Shown: positions 25,646-39,740 of the stretch, in pieces | Position numbering within the stretch: the stretch's first letter is position 1 | How the letters are laid out: each line of letters opens with the position of its first letter | Assembly: GCA_013265495.1 (NCBI GenBank) | Contig: MU058213.1 | Span: 6,588,066-6,652,065, forward strand | Reading direction: 5' to 3' | DNA length: 64,000 bases | Source: Vicugna vicugna | Lineage: Eukaryota | Made by a program: the position numbers and the translations under genes | The notes under the pieces: generated by a model | The model's database searches: none | What the model was told of the DNA's origin: nothing | The model's input: the letters and a program-made list of their open reading frames with translations, nothing else

Positions 25646-26414
25646 ACAAAGTGTAAACAATACTTGACACCACGTGCCAAAGGGAGCCATTCATTAGGAC
25701 ATACTGGGGATAACCTCCCAAATCTCTTCACCAAAATTCTTCAACTAGACAAGATATTCAGTTAAAGAAGGACTAATCTTTCTGCCTGACCACACCTGCA
25801 TACGACTCAGAGTGCAATGAAGATATCATTATTCACTTTCTAACAAAGGAACTTCAGATTTTAAGAGTGATGTAAAATCCTACAGCCAGGCAGTTGCTAA
25901 AATGTAAAATAACCGTCCTTTTCAGCAACTATTGGTTTTGGCTGATAGAAGTCTTGCATACAGTCATATTTCAGAGAAATTACCATGCCTTAATGAGAAC
26001 TTTAGGTTGAAGGAAGACATTTCAGTCAAATGATAGTGAAATTGATATGATCAAAATGAAATATGTGGCATATTTATCTAATCAGCTAGAGCTGCAATCT
26101 CCAACCACAGTCATTTACAGCTCAATCAGCTTATCTAGTCATTATCAGCTAATGATACAATGAGTGATTGCCTCCACATTGAGATAATAAGTGACTTTAT
26201 GAATATCAGCACTTCTGTTATAAAGCGTGACAGGTAGGACCGAAAATAAGGTCTCTGAATGCAGTTAGTGCTGGCTTGGCTGACAAAAATTTAATAGGAA
26301 AAAATGGAATTGTATTTTGGAACTGTAAGATAAAGGTACAACTCTTTTGGAAAGCCAATTTAGCAATTTGTATCAAGGATTATTAAAATATTTACATCTT
26401 TGAACCATGTAATT

Positions 26415-27720
26415 TTTTTTTTTTAGTTTGAAACAATACCAAACTTTTGAAAATTGCAACTGGAATACAAAAAACTTTTCCTATATTGTTTGAGAGTAAG
26501 TTGCTGATACAATACTTGTATCATTCTCGAATATATTAGAGTGAATTTCTTACAAATGAATACATTTTCCTGCATAATCACCATACGACCATCAAAATTA
26601 AGGCATTAACACATACATTTACTACCATCTTGTCCTCACACTATAGTCATTTTGCCAATTGTCTCAATAATGGCTTTATAGTAAAAGGATCCAGTTTGGA
26701 ATTACATTTTGCTTTTAGTTGTCACGGCTCTTTATTCTCCTTCAGTATAAAAGTTCCTCCTTCTTCACTTGCTTTTTATGGTCTTGCTGCTTTTGAAGAC
26801 TGCAGACCAGTTCTTTTGTAGATGGTACCTCAGTTTGGGTGAGTCTGCTGTTCCCTTAAGATTTGATTCAGATTCTGTGACTTTGGTAAGACAATCACAG
26901 AAGTGGTGATGTGTTCTCCTCACTGAATCCTAATAGGTGGCACGTATATTTGACTAGTCTTATTAGTGGTTATGTTAACTTGAATCAATTCATTGAGGTG
27001 GTACCTACCAGCTTTCTCCATTGTGAAGTTACTTTTTTTCACTTTGGAATTAATACATATCAGGTGCCTACTCTGAGATGCTAGAAATATTCTGTAACTC
27101 CCCAAATTTTCAATTTATTACTTTGTTTACATCCTTAGTTTATTCAGATTATCATAAACTCATGTATTCCTATTCCAATCAAAGGGCTTTTAATCTATTA
27201 CCTTATTATTCATTTTGTTGTTCAAACTGCCCCAGATTTGGCCCATGGGAACTTCTTCAAGCTGATTTTCGTTTTAACACACCTCCATCATCCTTTGAGC
27301 ACTTTTTCTCTGACATAGGATGGGGCAGGCTTATCTTGTACTTTTCCGGCACCAGCACTGGAAGCTTCTGTTTCTTTTCGTCGAAAATTACATATAGAAA
27401 CCAAAACCTGGGAGCTGGATGTGTTCACTGCCCAGTGACACTCAGAGTCATGCCTCCCAGTTGTTCTCAGCAGACAGAGCTAGGAAAAGGCTAGATCTAT
27501 ATCGACGCCTAGTTCTCTACAGAGCTATCTAGAGACATGTGTAGAGGTACTTAGATCTATGTATTAAACTCTGAGTACAAACTGATACTTTCAATTTGAA
27601 TCTGCTACCATGTGGTTTGTTGTGGTTTTCTTCCTTTCAGTCATTCCCTTCTTTGACAATGAGAAATCGAACTCCCAATATTGCTAACGTACTTTCTTAC
27701 TTGATTAACCCACTTGCATG
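26415..27720 (-). mobile_element. Old L1 (L1MC4/5-like) 3'UTR
   Basis: 'ttgagagtaagttgctga', 'ggatccagtttggaattacattttgcttttagttgtca', 'gttcaaactgccccagatttggcc', 'tagaaaccaaaacctggg'. Confidence 0.7.
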
Positions 27721-29109
27721 GAACCCATCTCCAGTCACCGCCCCACCCTGCTTTCCCACACAGTTGCCCTTACTGTTCTCTCCGCATCTAGGGGTTCCAC
27801 CACCCCACCTAGTGTGCTTTGCTCCATGAATAGCTTTCATGTCTAGCATACTTAATGTATTTGGAGTTCAGTTTCCTGATTTGTCAGGAATTTTAGGGAT
27901 ATTTAATTGATAGGACCTTCTTTATATCTATAAGCCAATCAGAACAGTTTCTTTTAATTTTTAAAGACTTTATGTTCTAATTTATTAATGCCTCCTGACA
28001 TAGGAAAATGTTTCACGTGTACACTGTGAAAGGCAAAGACTTTCTGAATTGTAGACACACAGATACACTATATATATAGAGAGAGCATGTCTTCAGTTCT
28101 ACAACTTTATTCATAGGTTAATAGTAAGACAGCAACACACAAACTCACAGGTTCAGGTATCAATCATAGAGCTGTTCACTCTTCTTGTGAGCATGAAATT
28201 CTTAATTATTTTGAACTCACAAGAGATTAACATATAAACACAAAAGACTAAAAACCTAGATTTCTATTCTTCCACCCAAGAGAGAACAGACCTCTATGGT
28301 CCATTAATTCATTTCCATATATTACCAACTAGTTGGACCATTAAACCGCATTCCACTAATTATTGCTGCCACCATGACTTAGCCTTCATGTGTGAACAAA
28401 AACAAAATGCAAAATTAAGAGGAGAGAGACAGGGGAAAAAAATGCTACAGAAACTCTGAGACAGAAAATTTCAAGTTCTACTGCTGCCAGAGATTCATTT
28501 CTGGAAGCCAAGAAAAAATACACCTGGTCTTAAGCCACCTCCTCACCCGCCACCTCCCTGCTTTCCAATAGGTGCACCTCTCTGGCAATGCAGTTTACCC
28601 TGCTCTGTCAGGGCACCTTGGTGGAGGACCTCCAAAGGTGCTGTTTAAGGACAAGTAAAAATAAGCCAAGTCACAACTCCTCCGCAAAAGTAAAAATGAA
28701 CGTTTGTCAAAGATTTTAGTTAACTTAGTAATTAATAAGAGAACCAGTAATATACTAACGGCTCTTAGAAAAGGGAAGGGAAAAGAAGAGAAAGAGAGGA
28801 AGAGAAGGAAGAAGAATTTACTACATAATTTTAATTTTGAGACTAGTCCAAAGGAAAAGTCTAAATTAAGGATGCAGTTTTATGCATAAAGATCAATTTA
28901 ATATTGAATTATAGTTAAGAGATGAAAATTAGAAGCAGCTTAATTACCCATCAATAAGGACATGATTAAATAATGGAAAACACATAGATTGTTAGGCAGG
29001 CACTACAAATGTTGGCTGAGGACCTCCTAATGAAGAGGGTAATTTGAGCACCGACACTGAAACTAACGCAGGGCTGCAGCGGCTGCAGGCGAGGGTGTGC
29101 TATGATTCC

Positions 29110-29229
29110 AGCGGCCACACATTCCAGTTCATCTGGGACAGTCCTAGTTTACCCTCATTGTCTTAAAATGATTAATCTTCTTTTTTGCTTTCAAAGTGTC
29201 TCAGTTTAGATGATAAATTATATGGCCAG
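29110..29229. mobile_element. MER94-like hAT-Blackjack MITE
   Basis: 'ctgggacagtcctagttta...ttcaaagtgtctcagtttagatgataaattatatggcca'. Confidence 0.7.
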
Positions 29230-29899
29230 AGGATGAAGGAATCAAGTCTCAATCTCAGTAATTTTTCCAGGAAACATCCTAGAAGAGGAGACCACACAGG
29301 ATAGGGGTCTTTCTGAAGTGTTTACACCCAGTGTACACTTATATAGCTCAGAACAGTGGCTGGCACACGATAAACATTCAAAAATGTTAACCATTATGGT
29401 GGCTATTATTACGATTAATGTGACTGAGCGAGCTGAGCAAATATAGGGCGCTGCTGTGGCTGACTCTTCATAAGGGAAATTTTAGATTTGGGGTGCTGCC
29501 TGGAGTGGTCTGGGCGGCTGCAGCTGAGATGTAGATGACACTTAATGGCGTGGAGCTGAGGCTCCCTGCTGCTCCACTCGTTCATTATTTTCCATGGGCT
29601 TCCAGATATAAATAACCTACAGCAAATTTAAACTTTTTCTTTCTCTACTTATTGTTTGGATAGAGATCTCAATAATTTGCAGACTTTTCTGAACTCGTAA
29701 AAGCAAACAAGCCCAGATGTTGGGAAAAGTCATGGAAAAGACAAAGCAATTCAAGAGGAGGGGACAAAATTTTTTTTCTCTAATCCTACAATTTCTGGGG
29801 ACAAATCTTTATCAATCAAATTTTCTCTTACCATCAAAGCAACTAAAGGCTAAAACTAGACATTTTCAAATAAATTTTCTTGTCAAGATTCAGGAGGAG

Positions 29900-32480
29900 T
29901 TTTAATCTATAAAGTGAGAGAACAGAGTGAATAGAGCACTGTGCAGAGAATGCAGCTCAAGAAAGATGTTAGAGATGAAAAACATGAGTGCTAAATTAAC
30001 AACTAAAATGGAAGCAAACTACAGACTAATGTAACAACTAGAGATGTTCTCCCCCTGACTTAGAGGAGATTTTGGAGGAGAGAAGACATTGACTTCAAAG
30101 AGCTACCAGAAATTCAAAATATGTATACTAGGAATTCTAGAAAGAGAAGACAGACCAGACAGAAGAGAAGTAATAATCCAAAATATAATAAAAGACAACT
30201 TCCACTAATTGATAAAAGACTCAAATATTCAGAACAAAAAGGTCAATTGAGTGGCTGGCAAACTAAGTGAAGAAACTCACATCTAGATAGGTTTTGTTGT
30301 GTTAAAAAAAAATCCTACAAGTATTTATGATGTAGAACAAAAGGTCAAATTTTTTTATTATAACACTAAATTTGAGAAGACAATGGAGCAATGGCTACCA
30401 GAGAGTTGAAAGAAAAAAATTATAAACTGAGACTCTTATATCCAATGAGAAGCTTCAGAAAAAAATGATCAGAAATGCAAGTGTTTTGAACCCAGCAGTA
30501 TCTTGCTTATAAATGTAAAAGTATTTTGATTAAAAAAGGGAATCAAAATAAAAAACCTCAAGAATAAAGTGCAGTATAAAAGAAATGGTAGAGTGAACAG
30601 AGAATGCAAATGTTAACAAAGAATTCTTTAAAAGCATTACAATGTAAAAGTAGTAATAATAAGAATCTAGGTCTAAAATCTCTGATCATACTAACAAAAC
30701 AAGCAAGATGAAGGGAAAGATAGGAAGTGACATGATGGTAAATTTCACAAGTTTTATAGGAAGAAGTTAAGAGATATTTTAACAATTGATATTGATAAAG
30801 AAATAGGTTCATGGAGGTGAATTTACTGATGTAGTTACAGAAATAAGAAAAAAATCATTATAAAAGGAAACATCAAGGAAAAAAAAAAGAATAAGATGAT
30901 AGCAGAAGAAATCCCAGCAGTTTGGCTGAGGACCTGCTAGTTACACAAGTTATAACTATAGTTATAAAGAATTTACAGTTATAAAAATTGTAATAATTTT
31001 TCTTTAAAAAAGTTATATCTTTTAGAGTGGGTTAAGACTTGAAAAATTAGAGAAAAGTACCATTTTACTGAAGAGGAAGATTTCTTCTTGTACAAAGGTA
31101 AGTTATTTCCAAATAAATGAACGTAATTGCAATTAGAGTAAAAATCTAAGCAAATTTTTGGAGTCGGTCTCAACAATCTTATTCTAAAATTTACCTAAAC
31201 TTTATTCTAAAGCTTATTATAAAGTTTTAATAAACATTATCATCAATATCAATTTTTTTCAGATTATTTATTATCATTTCATGGGACATTAATTCTCTTC
31301 AGAACAGTTTAAATGCTGCTTAAATATATAGGAAGATCTTACACATCAAGAAAAGAAGAAAAAAAGGAAAAAAGAAAAGAGAATAGTGGATACTTACAAT
31401 AGAAAAATGGTCAAAGTACACTAACAAGCAATTAATGAAAAAATAAAACTGGCCAATAAATGTATGAAAAATATCCAAACTTGCTACCATCAAAGATGGA
31501 CATTAAATTGAAATATGATTTTCTACTTATTAAATATATAGTGATTGTGTGTTACTCTACCAGCAAAGGTACTATTTTTAACTATTGATGAAAATATAAA
31601 TCACAAACTTTTAGGGCACAATTTAAAAGTGCATATTAAAATCATTAAACATATGTGAACATTTTGGCACAAGAACCCTGCATCTGAGATATACTGAAAT
31701 ATTCATCTATAAGAATGTTTAGTTCTGTTTTATTTATAATAAAGAAATGAACAAAAATTTGAAAATAGGGTTATTGGTTAATCAAATTATGATGTGTCCA
31801 TATAATAGAACACAATGCAGTCTTTAAAATACTACAGAAGAATACATATTGTCATTAAAAAAATTCACAAATACTGTAGTGAAAAAATAAGACAATATTG
31901 TACTTATTTAAGAATTTTAATAATAGCTATTTTAGGTGATTGAATAAAATTACTTTTCTGTGCTGTGAGTATTTCTATTTTTCAAATAGAATTTTTTAAA
32001 ACCATGAATAATCAGTGTTAAGATTCTATAAAACAATTTGGTGATACGTTATAGTAGAATTAAAACATTTCTATTATTTGATCTAGCAGCAACCTGGCCT
32101 GAAACAAATACGAAATGTAGACAAGTGTATGCCATAAGATTACTTAAAATATTATTTGAAATAGTGAAAAATCAGAAGCAACTCAAATATTTGATAATAT
32201 GAGTTCAGTTAAACAAATCACGGTATTGTCAGGTTATCAAATATTAGGCAGTTGTTAAAATATGTGGTCAAATAATTTTTAGCCACATTGGGGAAATACT
32301 TATGATGTCATGCTAAGAGACAAAAGTTGGCTATTAAATTTTGTACAGTCCATTCTGTAAGTGTATATTCTATGCAAAGTACACAGAAATGCACTGAAAA
32401 ATACTGAAAGAGAATGCACTAACATTTAATAGTGATTATGCTTGGGTGATTTTAAGTTTTCTTCACCACACTTTCCTCAA
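29900..32480 (+). mobile_element. Highly degraded old L1M/HAL1-like segments (ORF1-like, ORF2 and 3'UTR remnants)
   Basis: A-rich plus strand with L1-like motifs 'gaagacaatggagcaatg', 'caacaatcttattctaaaattta', 'ggccaataaatgtatgaaaaa'. Confidence 0.55.
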
Positions 32481-32623
32481 TGTCCCCAAATGTTTAAATA
32501 ATAAGAACATAAGAAAAAAAATGGAGTTGGAAAAAGTGAAGAAAGTAATGATGAAGATTGTACGGCAACATAAAGATCATGCACAGTATACGAAAAGGGC
32601 AGATGAAATTAGAGCTACACTCA

Positions 32624-33007
32624 TGCTATGGACTGACTGTTTGTGAAGCCTTGACCACCACTGAGGCCCTATTTGGAGATGGGACCCTAGGGTAGTAATT
32701 AAGGTTAAATGAGGTCACAAGGGTGGGGTCTTGATCCAACAGGATCAGTGTGTCCTTATAAGGAAATACCCAGAGAGCTCCTTCTCTCCCTCTCCCTGAG
32801 CACAGACCTGGGAAAAGGCATGTGAGAAAATAACAAAAAGATAATCATCTTTAAGCCAGGAGGAGAAGTCTCACCAGAAACCAAATTGGCCAGAACCTTG
32901 ACCTCAGACTTCTCAGCCTCCAGAGCTGTGTGAAACAAACAGCTGTCGGTTAAGTTGCCCAGTTTATGGCGTTCTGTTACGGCAACCCAGCCCAACAGAG
33001 TAATACA
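32624..33007 (+). mobile_element. MaLR solo LTR (MLT1A/B-like)
   Basis: TG...CA ends: 'tgctatggactga...aattaaggttaaatgaggtca...cagacttctcagcctccagagctgtg...taataca'. Confidence 0.88.
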
Positions 33008-34851
33008 CTGGCTAAAGAAGATCAGTCTTTTTAAAATGGAAAGGAACAGTCCGAAGAGTAGTTTTGCTGGGTTTCTTCCTCCCTGTTCTGTTTCTAAACA
33101 CAATAGGAGGCCACTGGGTTATCAGGTGATAAATTGAGGGTCAGGGAACAAGTCGTAATGCTTCTGGGAAAGGACAAGCTCAGGTGGAACTCCTGGAGGA
33201 CCATGTTTAGTGTCAGTGCTTGATTTAAAAAGGAGGTCACTGGCCCCACAACACATTCAGAGATGAACTAGGTCTGTCAAGGCTCCTCCAGAAACAGTTT
33301 CTGAACTGCTGGGGTGGGAAGGGAGCAGTGTCTTCAAGTAGTAACACACAACACCTCTGGCATTCTCTTCTACCTCTGAGATTCTCTTAAAGGCTCTCTT
33401 CAAATAATCGATAGGCATCTTATTGATTATGTATCAGATTTCAGTTTTCTTTTCAGAAATCTCTTCAGATTTCTTCAGTCCTGCTCCATTCTAATTAGAG
33501 AAAGAACAGAGGGTTTTCAGTTTCAATTTTTGTAAAAGGAAATGAAAAGGAGCAATGATGTCACATAAGCTTACTGTCTGGCAGAACATGAAAGTCTTTG
33601 CCTACTTGGTGGCTCCAGTGAGCAAGTAAGAGGAGGACGCGCCGAGGAGGAAAGACGGCGGACGTCTGCAAACAACAGAGTGGGCTGCATGCCATGGTAT
33701 CAGCATTCATGTGTTCTTCCTAAAAATCTCAAGACTTTTTCATTAGGTGGATCCAGTCCAAATACCAATGTAATCTGTGCTTTTGCAAATTAGCCACAAA
33801 CCATCCAGTTTCTCAGAAATTACTTGGTATTTTTTATCTACCTCTAAATGTTACTGACCTAAAAAAAAAAATGTGATCAAAGGCTGTGGAAATTCTAACC
33901 CCTGCAGCAAGTATTAAATTGGTCCACTCCGTGTCTTATGCTGACAAATCGTTATACTCCAGAGCCTGACGACCCACGAGTGACTCAATTAGATGCACAG
34001 ATGTGGCAGCAATGTTTTAAAGTTGTCTACACTTGACTTCATTCCTTTAAAACAACAACCAACCTGCCCAGCCCCATAAAATCTCCCCAAACCTAATAAA
34101 TAGAAATGTCTTTCGTTCCATGTACTCCAGAGCAGACGTGAGGGTGCCCGTACCTTCTGCGCAGTCACATAAAACGAGCAGCAGCACCTTAGAACAGGAG
34201 AAAAAATCTGTCTTATAACCAGCTTCCTCTCATATTAGACTTTGCCTTATATTATGAAGATCCTCGCATTTACATGGAATCTTCCTTCTTGCCTGTCCCA
34301 CTGATCCTCCAGCGCAGCCCATGAGCCCTGGTTCTCTAGCAACTTAGCAGGTGGGTTAAGGAGGGCTTGGTAGGGAGTGGCTTGGTATCAGAGGCCAAAC
34401 CCTGCCAAACTAGCAGCAGTGGGAACCCCTGACATCCCTTCGGCCATACCGCTTGAGGGAACTATGGAAATGTACCGCTCTGGGACTGTAATTTGTTGTT
34501 TAGGAAAATGTATTCCTGTCCTGAGAGGTTACCTGTCTGACACGTCTAAATGTTACCTTTCACAAAAGATCGCACATTTCTCAACGTCGAAGACTATTTC
34601 ATAGATTCCTGTGGTGCGTACCATAGTGACAGGCAGTGCTTGGGACACAGCATAAGTGCTCATGCACATTAGCTTGAAAAGACTTTTCTGCCTGGTTTAG
34701 TAGATGTGATGTTACTACTTCTGTCCAGTGAATTCAGTGAACAAACAGAGGGAGCTGGTTGTTTTGGGATGATGCAGATTCTTTCCTTGTTTGCTTACTT
34801 TATGCTTCTAATCAGAACAGTATTCTCACGTGTGTGCATGTGCAAGGGCTT

Positions 34852-34875
34852 ACACACACACACACACACACACAC
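34852..34875. repeat. (AC)n microsatellite
   Basis: Direct reading. Confidence 0.95.
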
Positions 34876-36462
34876 GGTGAACTCTCAGAGAGCCAAAAGA
34901 ACCAGCCTGGCATCCAGTTTCTCTAACAGCTCATACCTGAAACAGTAACAGAGTTGTGACTGTTCATTGTTTCCGTAACTACTGAGAGAGGCTGCCTTGT
35001 TGGGACAAAAATTAAACCATTTGCCTGACATTTATGGAGTCCCTTCCTTGTGTGTTGTGAGACCTGAAACAGTTGTTAGTGCTTTGAACATCTTCCACCC
35101 CACTCAACAGTCTCTATAAAAAGCCCTGAAGCCCGCCTCCCAGGACCACGTGACTCTATCCGGGGAGCTGTGCTGCTCTTGTGACCCTTGGTGCTGGTTC
35201 TCAGTTCCTCTCCTGCTGCCTTTCCGTCCACTTCCGTTAGACCCAGAAGTCATTTGCACTGTCAATTTGGTACGTGACCAACATTTATGTTTGGGAGTTG
35301 TCTCTCAGAAGGATGTTTTTTGCTGCCTTCCAGCTCAGGGGTCTCAGGACCCCTAACCAGAGCAGAGGCCCCAGTTTCCCGCTCGCTCAGTGGGGAAGAT
35401 CAGACATCTAAAGGTATTTTAGACTCCAGTGTGTCCCACACCCACACATGTGACAATGGGCTTCCCACAGCTGTGAGAACTAGTCATGCAAATGGAAGAT
35501 CTGTTACATCCTAATAGCATAACTTTTTAAATTCTTTAAGGCTTGGAGAGGAACCACAGTGTCCGGATACCGAACAAACTGGCAGGAGTCTCACTGTGGA
35601 CTCACACTGAAATACACGGATTTGGGCTGCAAGTGAGAAGGGAAGTGAAAGCTTTGCTCCGTTTGCCCTGTTGGACCAGTTATCCTTGCGGGATGCCTTC
35701 CATCTAGGGCATTTACACAAAAAGCCACCTGAAAGAAAGCAGAAGCAAAGCCATTCCTTCAGCATTTCCAGCCACCAAGAAAGGCAAGCCTGAGCTCTTG
35801 AGCCTGGGCGTCCTGAGTGCTCGCAATCCCCCCTCCACCTCGTTTTAGAGGTTCTTCCGGTGGCAGTGCTGTTCCTTCTCTCCTGCTGCTTCCCTCTGCC
35901 TTGCCTGCTACCAAGGGGCGACAAAAGGCCCACATGGCCCCTACATTTCACGGCAAATATCTGGCAGATCAGGCGGGGTAGAACTTATGATCAACAGCTT
36001 GTTGCAAGAATTAAAGGAAATAATAAAGAGAAAGATATTCAGTACGTAATTGGCACATAGTAAGCACTCAATTAATAATGTTTATTCATTTGCTTATTTG
36101 TGTATGCCTCTACTGTAGTTTTGGAGAAGATTTAAAGCAGTTTATGAAAATAGTTCCAAAGAGTCTAACTGTGATATAATCGATGATTCTGGGCCCTAGA
36201 CAAAATATATGGAGAACATTCTCCACAAGTTCTTCCCACATCTTACCATTCAGCACCACCAGGTTCTGTTCATCAAATGTCTTGCAAAGCATTTTCTATT
36301 TAAATCAATACATCGATCTCTAAAAGTCTGGCCCTTAGAGAAGCAGTCTGCATGCTGCATAGCCTCTACATTGAGTCTGTCACCGTTCTGGGGGTGTAAG
36401 GACTCTGAGACAACTACCACACCATGGCGTTAGCAGAACCAATAAAAGTAAAAAGGCCATCA

Positions 36463-36831
36463 GCAGAAAAAGACAAATATCATATGATGTCGCTTATATG
36501 TGGAATCTTAAGAAAAAACATACAAGTTTTATTTGCAAACTAGAAATAGACTCACGACTGTGGAAAACAAACTGTGGTTACCAGGGGGTTGTGGGGGAGG
36601 GAAAGATTAGGAGTTAGAGATTAACAGATACGCATTACTATGTATAAAATAGATGAACAACAAGGACCTACTGTATAGCACAGGGAACTATATTCAATTT
36701 CTTGTAATGTGCTGTAATGGAAAAGAATCTGAAAAAATATATGTATGTATAACTGAATTGCTTTGCTGTACAACTGAAGCTAACATTGTAAACTGACTAT
36801 ATTTCAATAAAAATAAAAATTAAAAAAATTT
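36463..36831 (+). mobile_element. 5'-truncated lineage L1 3'UTR with A tail
   Basis: 'agacaaatatcatatgat...caaggacctactgtatagcacagggaactata...tcaataaaaataaaaa'; TSD aaaggccatca / aaaggttatca. Confidence 0.9.
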
Positions 36832-37609
36832 AAAGGTTATCAAAAGGATACCTGTGTCCAATTAGACAAGTGCCTTGACAGATAGAATACATGTACTGAG
36901 GCAATGCAAGCAGCTTTGGTGGAAAACCAAACCAGGGATAAGAACCAAAACTTCCACGTATCAGAGCCAGAGAACTTCACAGTGGTCCCCCAGGATGGAA
37001 AGAGATAAGACTACCAGCCTACCCTTAACATAGCTGGTCTATTCTCCAATGTCACCATAGATAAAGGGTCCCAAACCATGCATATGGGATACAGAAGTCT
37101 TAGTCCCCTAAACATCCTTATTTCAGGATGGGAATATCAGATGTGGAGCACACTGGCCAAGCCCTCTCCTATTTCTCCACTGAACAATTGAGACAAGGCT
37201 CCAAATTTAAAGACTTGATTTGAAGTTTCAATGGTAACAGAAGAAAATTTTTACACAGATCATTTACAACTATGATATAAGTTCAAACTTCCCTTAGAGT
37301 ATCACGTGGGTCTAATTCCCAGCCCCAATCCTAGCCTGCATGTGGCTGGGAGAATCTCACCCTCTAAAGGGGGGTTTCTTTCATTGCTCATTCCCTGTTC
37401 CAGGGTTATTATAACTCGGAGTAGCCCATCTCCTTCAGGGGGAACTCCATGTCCAAGAATATGGCTTTGATTTCTTTAATCATTCTAAAACCATCTCAAC
37501 GTAGATGGTTATTTCCCAAAGTTGGGGTAATTTAGTCCCATCTATGGTCATCTTATTACATTATATCAGTTCTTTCTTCTTGATCTTGAAGTAATTCTTA
37601 TTTAACATT

Positions 37610-37790
37610 GCACAATCACTTATGCTTAACAGGAAACACAGCTTTTTATACGCATTCTGTCCTGTGATCCTTTACAGCAACCCTGCAGGACAGGCACTGG
37701 TGTCCTCATTTTACAGATGAGAAAAATGAGGCTTAGAGAGTTAAGGGGCTTGTCCTGCTTGAATGGATCAGGTGGGATTTCCACTTCATC
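37610..37790 (-). mobile_element. MIR SINE
   Basis: 'cctcattttacagatgagaaaaatgaggcttagagagttaag'. Confidence 0.8.
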
Positions 37791-37869
37791 ACAGCTTACT
37801 ACCAAGTGCCTTGTGAGGAGAAGCCAACCACAGCCTTCTTAAATTTTGTCATGATAGGTGTACCTAATT

Positions 37870-38450
37870 AGAATAAATTACTGAAGTATGCTGAGTAGAA
37901 AGTGAAACTCCTCCTTCGTCTCCTCACCCCTCTCCACCTCCCAGCTCATTTCTCTGCTCCAGAGGTCTTTCAACCCTCTTAACAGTTGCGGTCCATCCAT
38001 TCGGATCTTTTTCTATCCATTCTTATACATATACTGTCTTAAAATATGCAAATGAGATTATATTACATAAATACAAATTTCTACCACTTAAAAATATATT
38101 ATGGAAAAATTTTTGGATATTCTGACTTTAAAAAGTGTACCATGACTTCTTCAACCATCTTCCAACTTTTGAATAATTAGGTTGTTTCCAATATTTTGCT
38201 CTACAGGAAATGCTTTACTGAACAGCCCTGAGTCCTTATCATTGTTCACAGGTGTACATGGAATGGCTTGGTCAAAGAGGATGCGTATTTTATTCATTTG
38301 ATACATACTACCAAACTACCTTCCAAAATGTACTCTTACAAGTTGTGTATGACATTCCTTGTTCTCCATAGCTTTTCCCACAGGCAATATCATCAATCCT
38401 TAAACAAGTTGTCATTATTGTAGGCAAAGAAAGGTAGCTCGTTCTAATGT
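37870..38450 (-). mobile_element. Old L1ME-like fragment
   Basis: 'ttaggttgtttccaatattttgct', 'ggcttggtcaaagagg', 'ccaaactaccttccaaaa'. Confidence 0.6.
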
Positions 38451-39589
38451 CATCTTTCAGTCCCAGGTCCTTGGACATCTGCCTGAGCACAGCACGCTCC
38501 CAGAAGTAGAGACGTGATAAGAAGAGGGGCCGCGGTGGTGGTTCCAAGTTTTCTATACGGGAAAATCCTGAAGCTAGTTGAGCTAGTTGGGGTGGTGGCT
38601 AGGAGAATGCAGGGGAGCTGCGCTCGCTCAGGAATCCAGCTGTTTCTTTATACTGTATGTTATGTGAGATGGCTGTGTGAGTTTGGGGACATTGATGAAG
38701 ATTATGGAGTGGTCAAAGCCTCCCCAGGTTCCTTCCCACCTCCCAGTCAATCTCTTGAAAGGAGAGAGTCTTGGTGGGGAGAAGAATGCTACTTTCACCT
38801 CCACCTCCCCTGATGCTACAGGAGACTCCATTTCTTGGGAAAAAAGATTTAAGAACAAGTGACAAAGAAAAACCAAGCATTCTCTTTATCATTTTACCTT
38901 TTGGCCTGATGCTAGAATAGTTTCGTATCAATTAACTAAGTTTCCATTGAGGACACAATTTTGCATTTATAAAAAAAAACTGTTGAATTTGTTATCCCAT
39001 TTCAAGTTGATGAACATGACAGTTCCTGAGAAGGGCCTTGGAATTTAATGTGCCATCAACTATATTTAGTCCTGAGCAGAGACAACCACTGCAATGGCCT
39101 CCTTCACTATCAGTTTGAGAAATGACCACTGACCCACATGATTGGGGGAGAATCAGAAGGACAGTTGACATCTTCCTCACTGAGAAATCAAAACACTACC
39201 CAAGTACTTCTTCTTTTAATCCTGAACACAAATTTCATTCTAATTACTCTACTAGTGGCAGCTGAACAGTGTGAGAGCTGCTGTGAAATGAATATTTCTG
39301 CCGTTAAAAAAAAAAACCCTGGCATATTCATCTTTAAAAGATTTTGTCTCTTAATGTGATCCATGACTTAAGTCACCTTTTGTACTGGTTTCTGTTTGAT
39401 TATAATTTTATCTATTAATCATGTTAATTCAATAGACTCTGCCTTAATCAAATGTGAGTCAATTACCCAGTTCTTCAAATTATATTTTTTAATGAAAGAC
39501 ATTTTTTAAAATTGAATGCCAATTAGGGCCAAGCTAAACTTGTTCATAAAGTTTGGGTTATCACCGAACAGTGTGAGCCCTTGACTTTA

Positions 39590-39740
39590 CCTGTATTTTC
39601 AGCTCCTTCTGATGAGGGCGTGCTGTGTGCTTTTAGACACAGCCATTAACCTCTCTGTAATTCCCGGTTTTCCACCTGTGAAATGAGGATAATGGTACTT
39701 CTGGCTTGGGAAATGATGTTATGACTCTCAGTTGAAAAAT
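39590..39740 (+). mobile_element. MIR SINE
   Basis: 'ccattaacctctctgt...ggttttccacctgtgaaatgaggataatggtact'. Confidence 0.7.
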
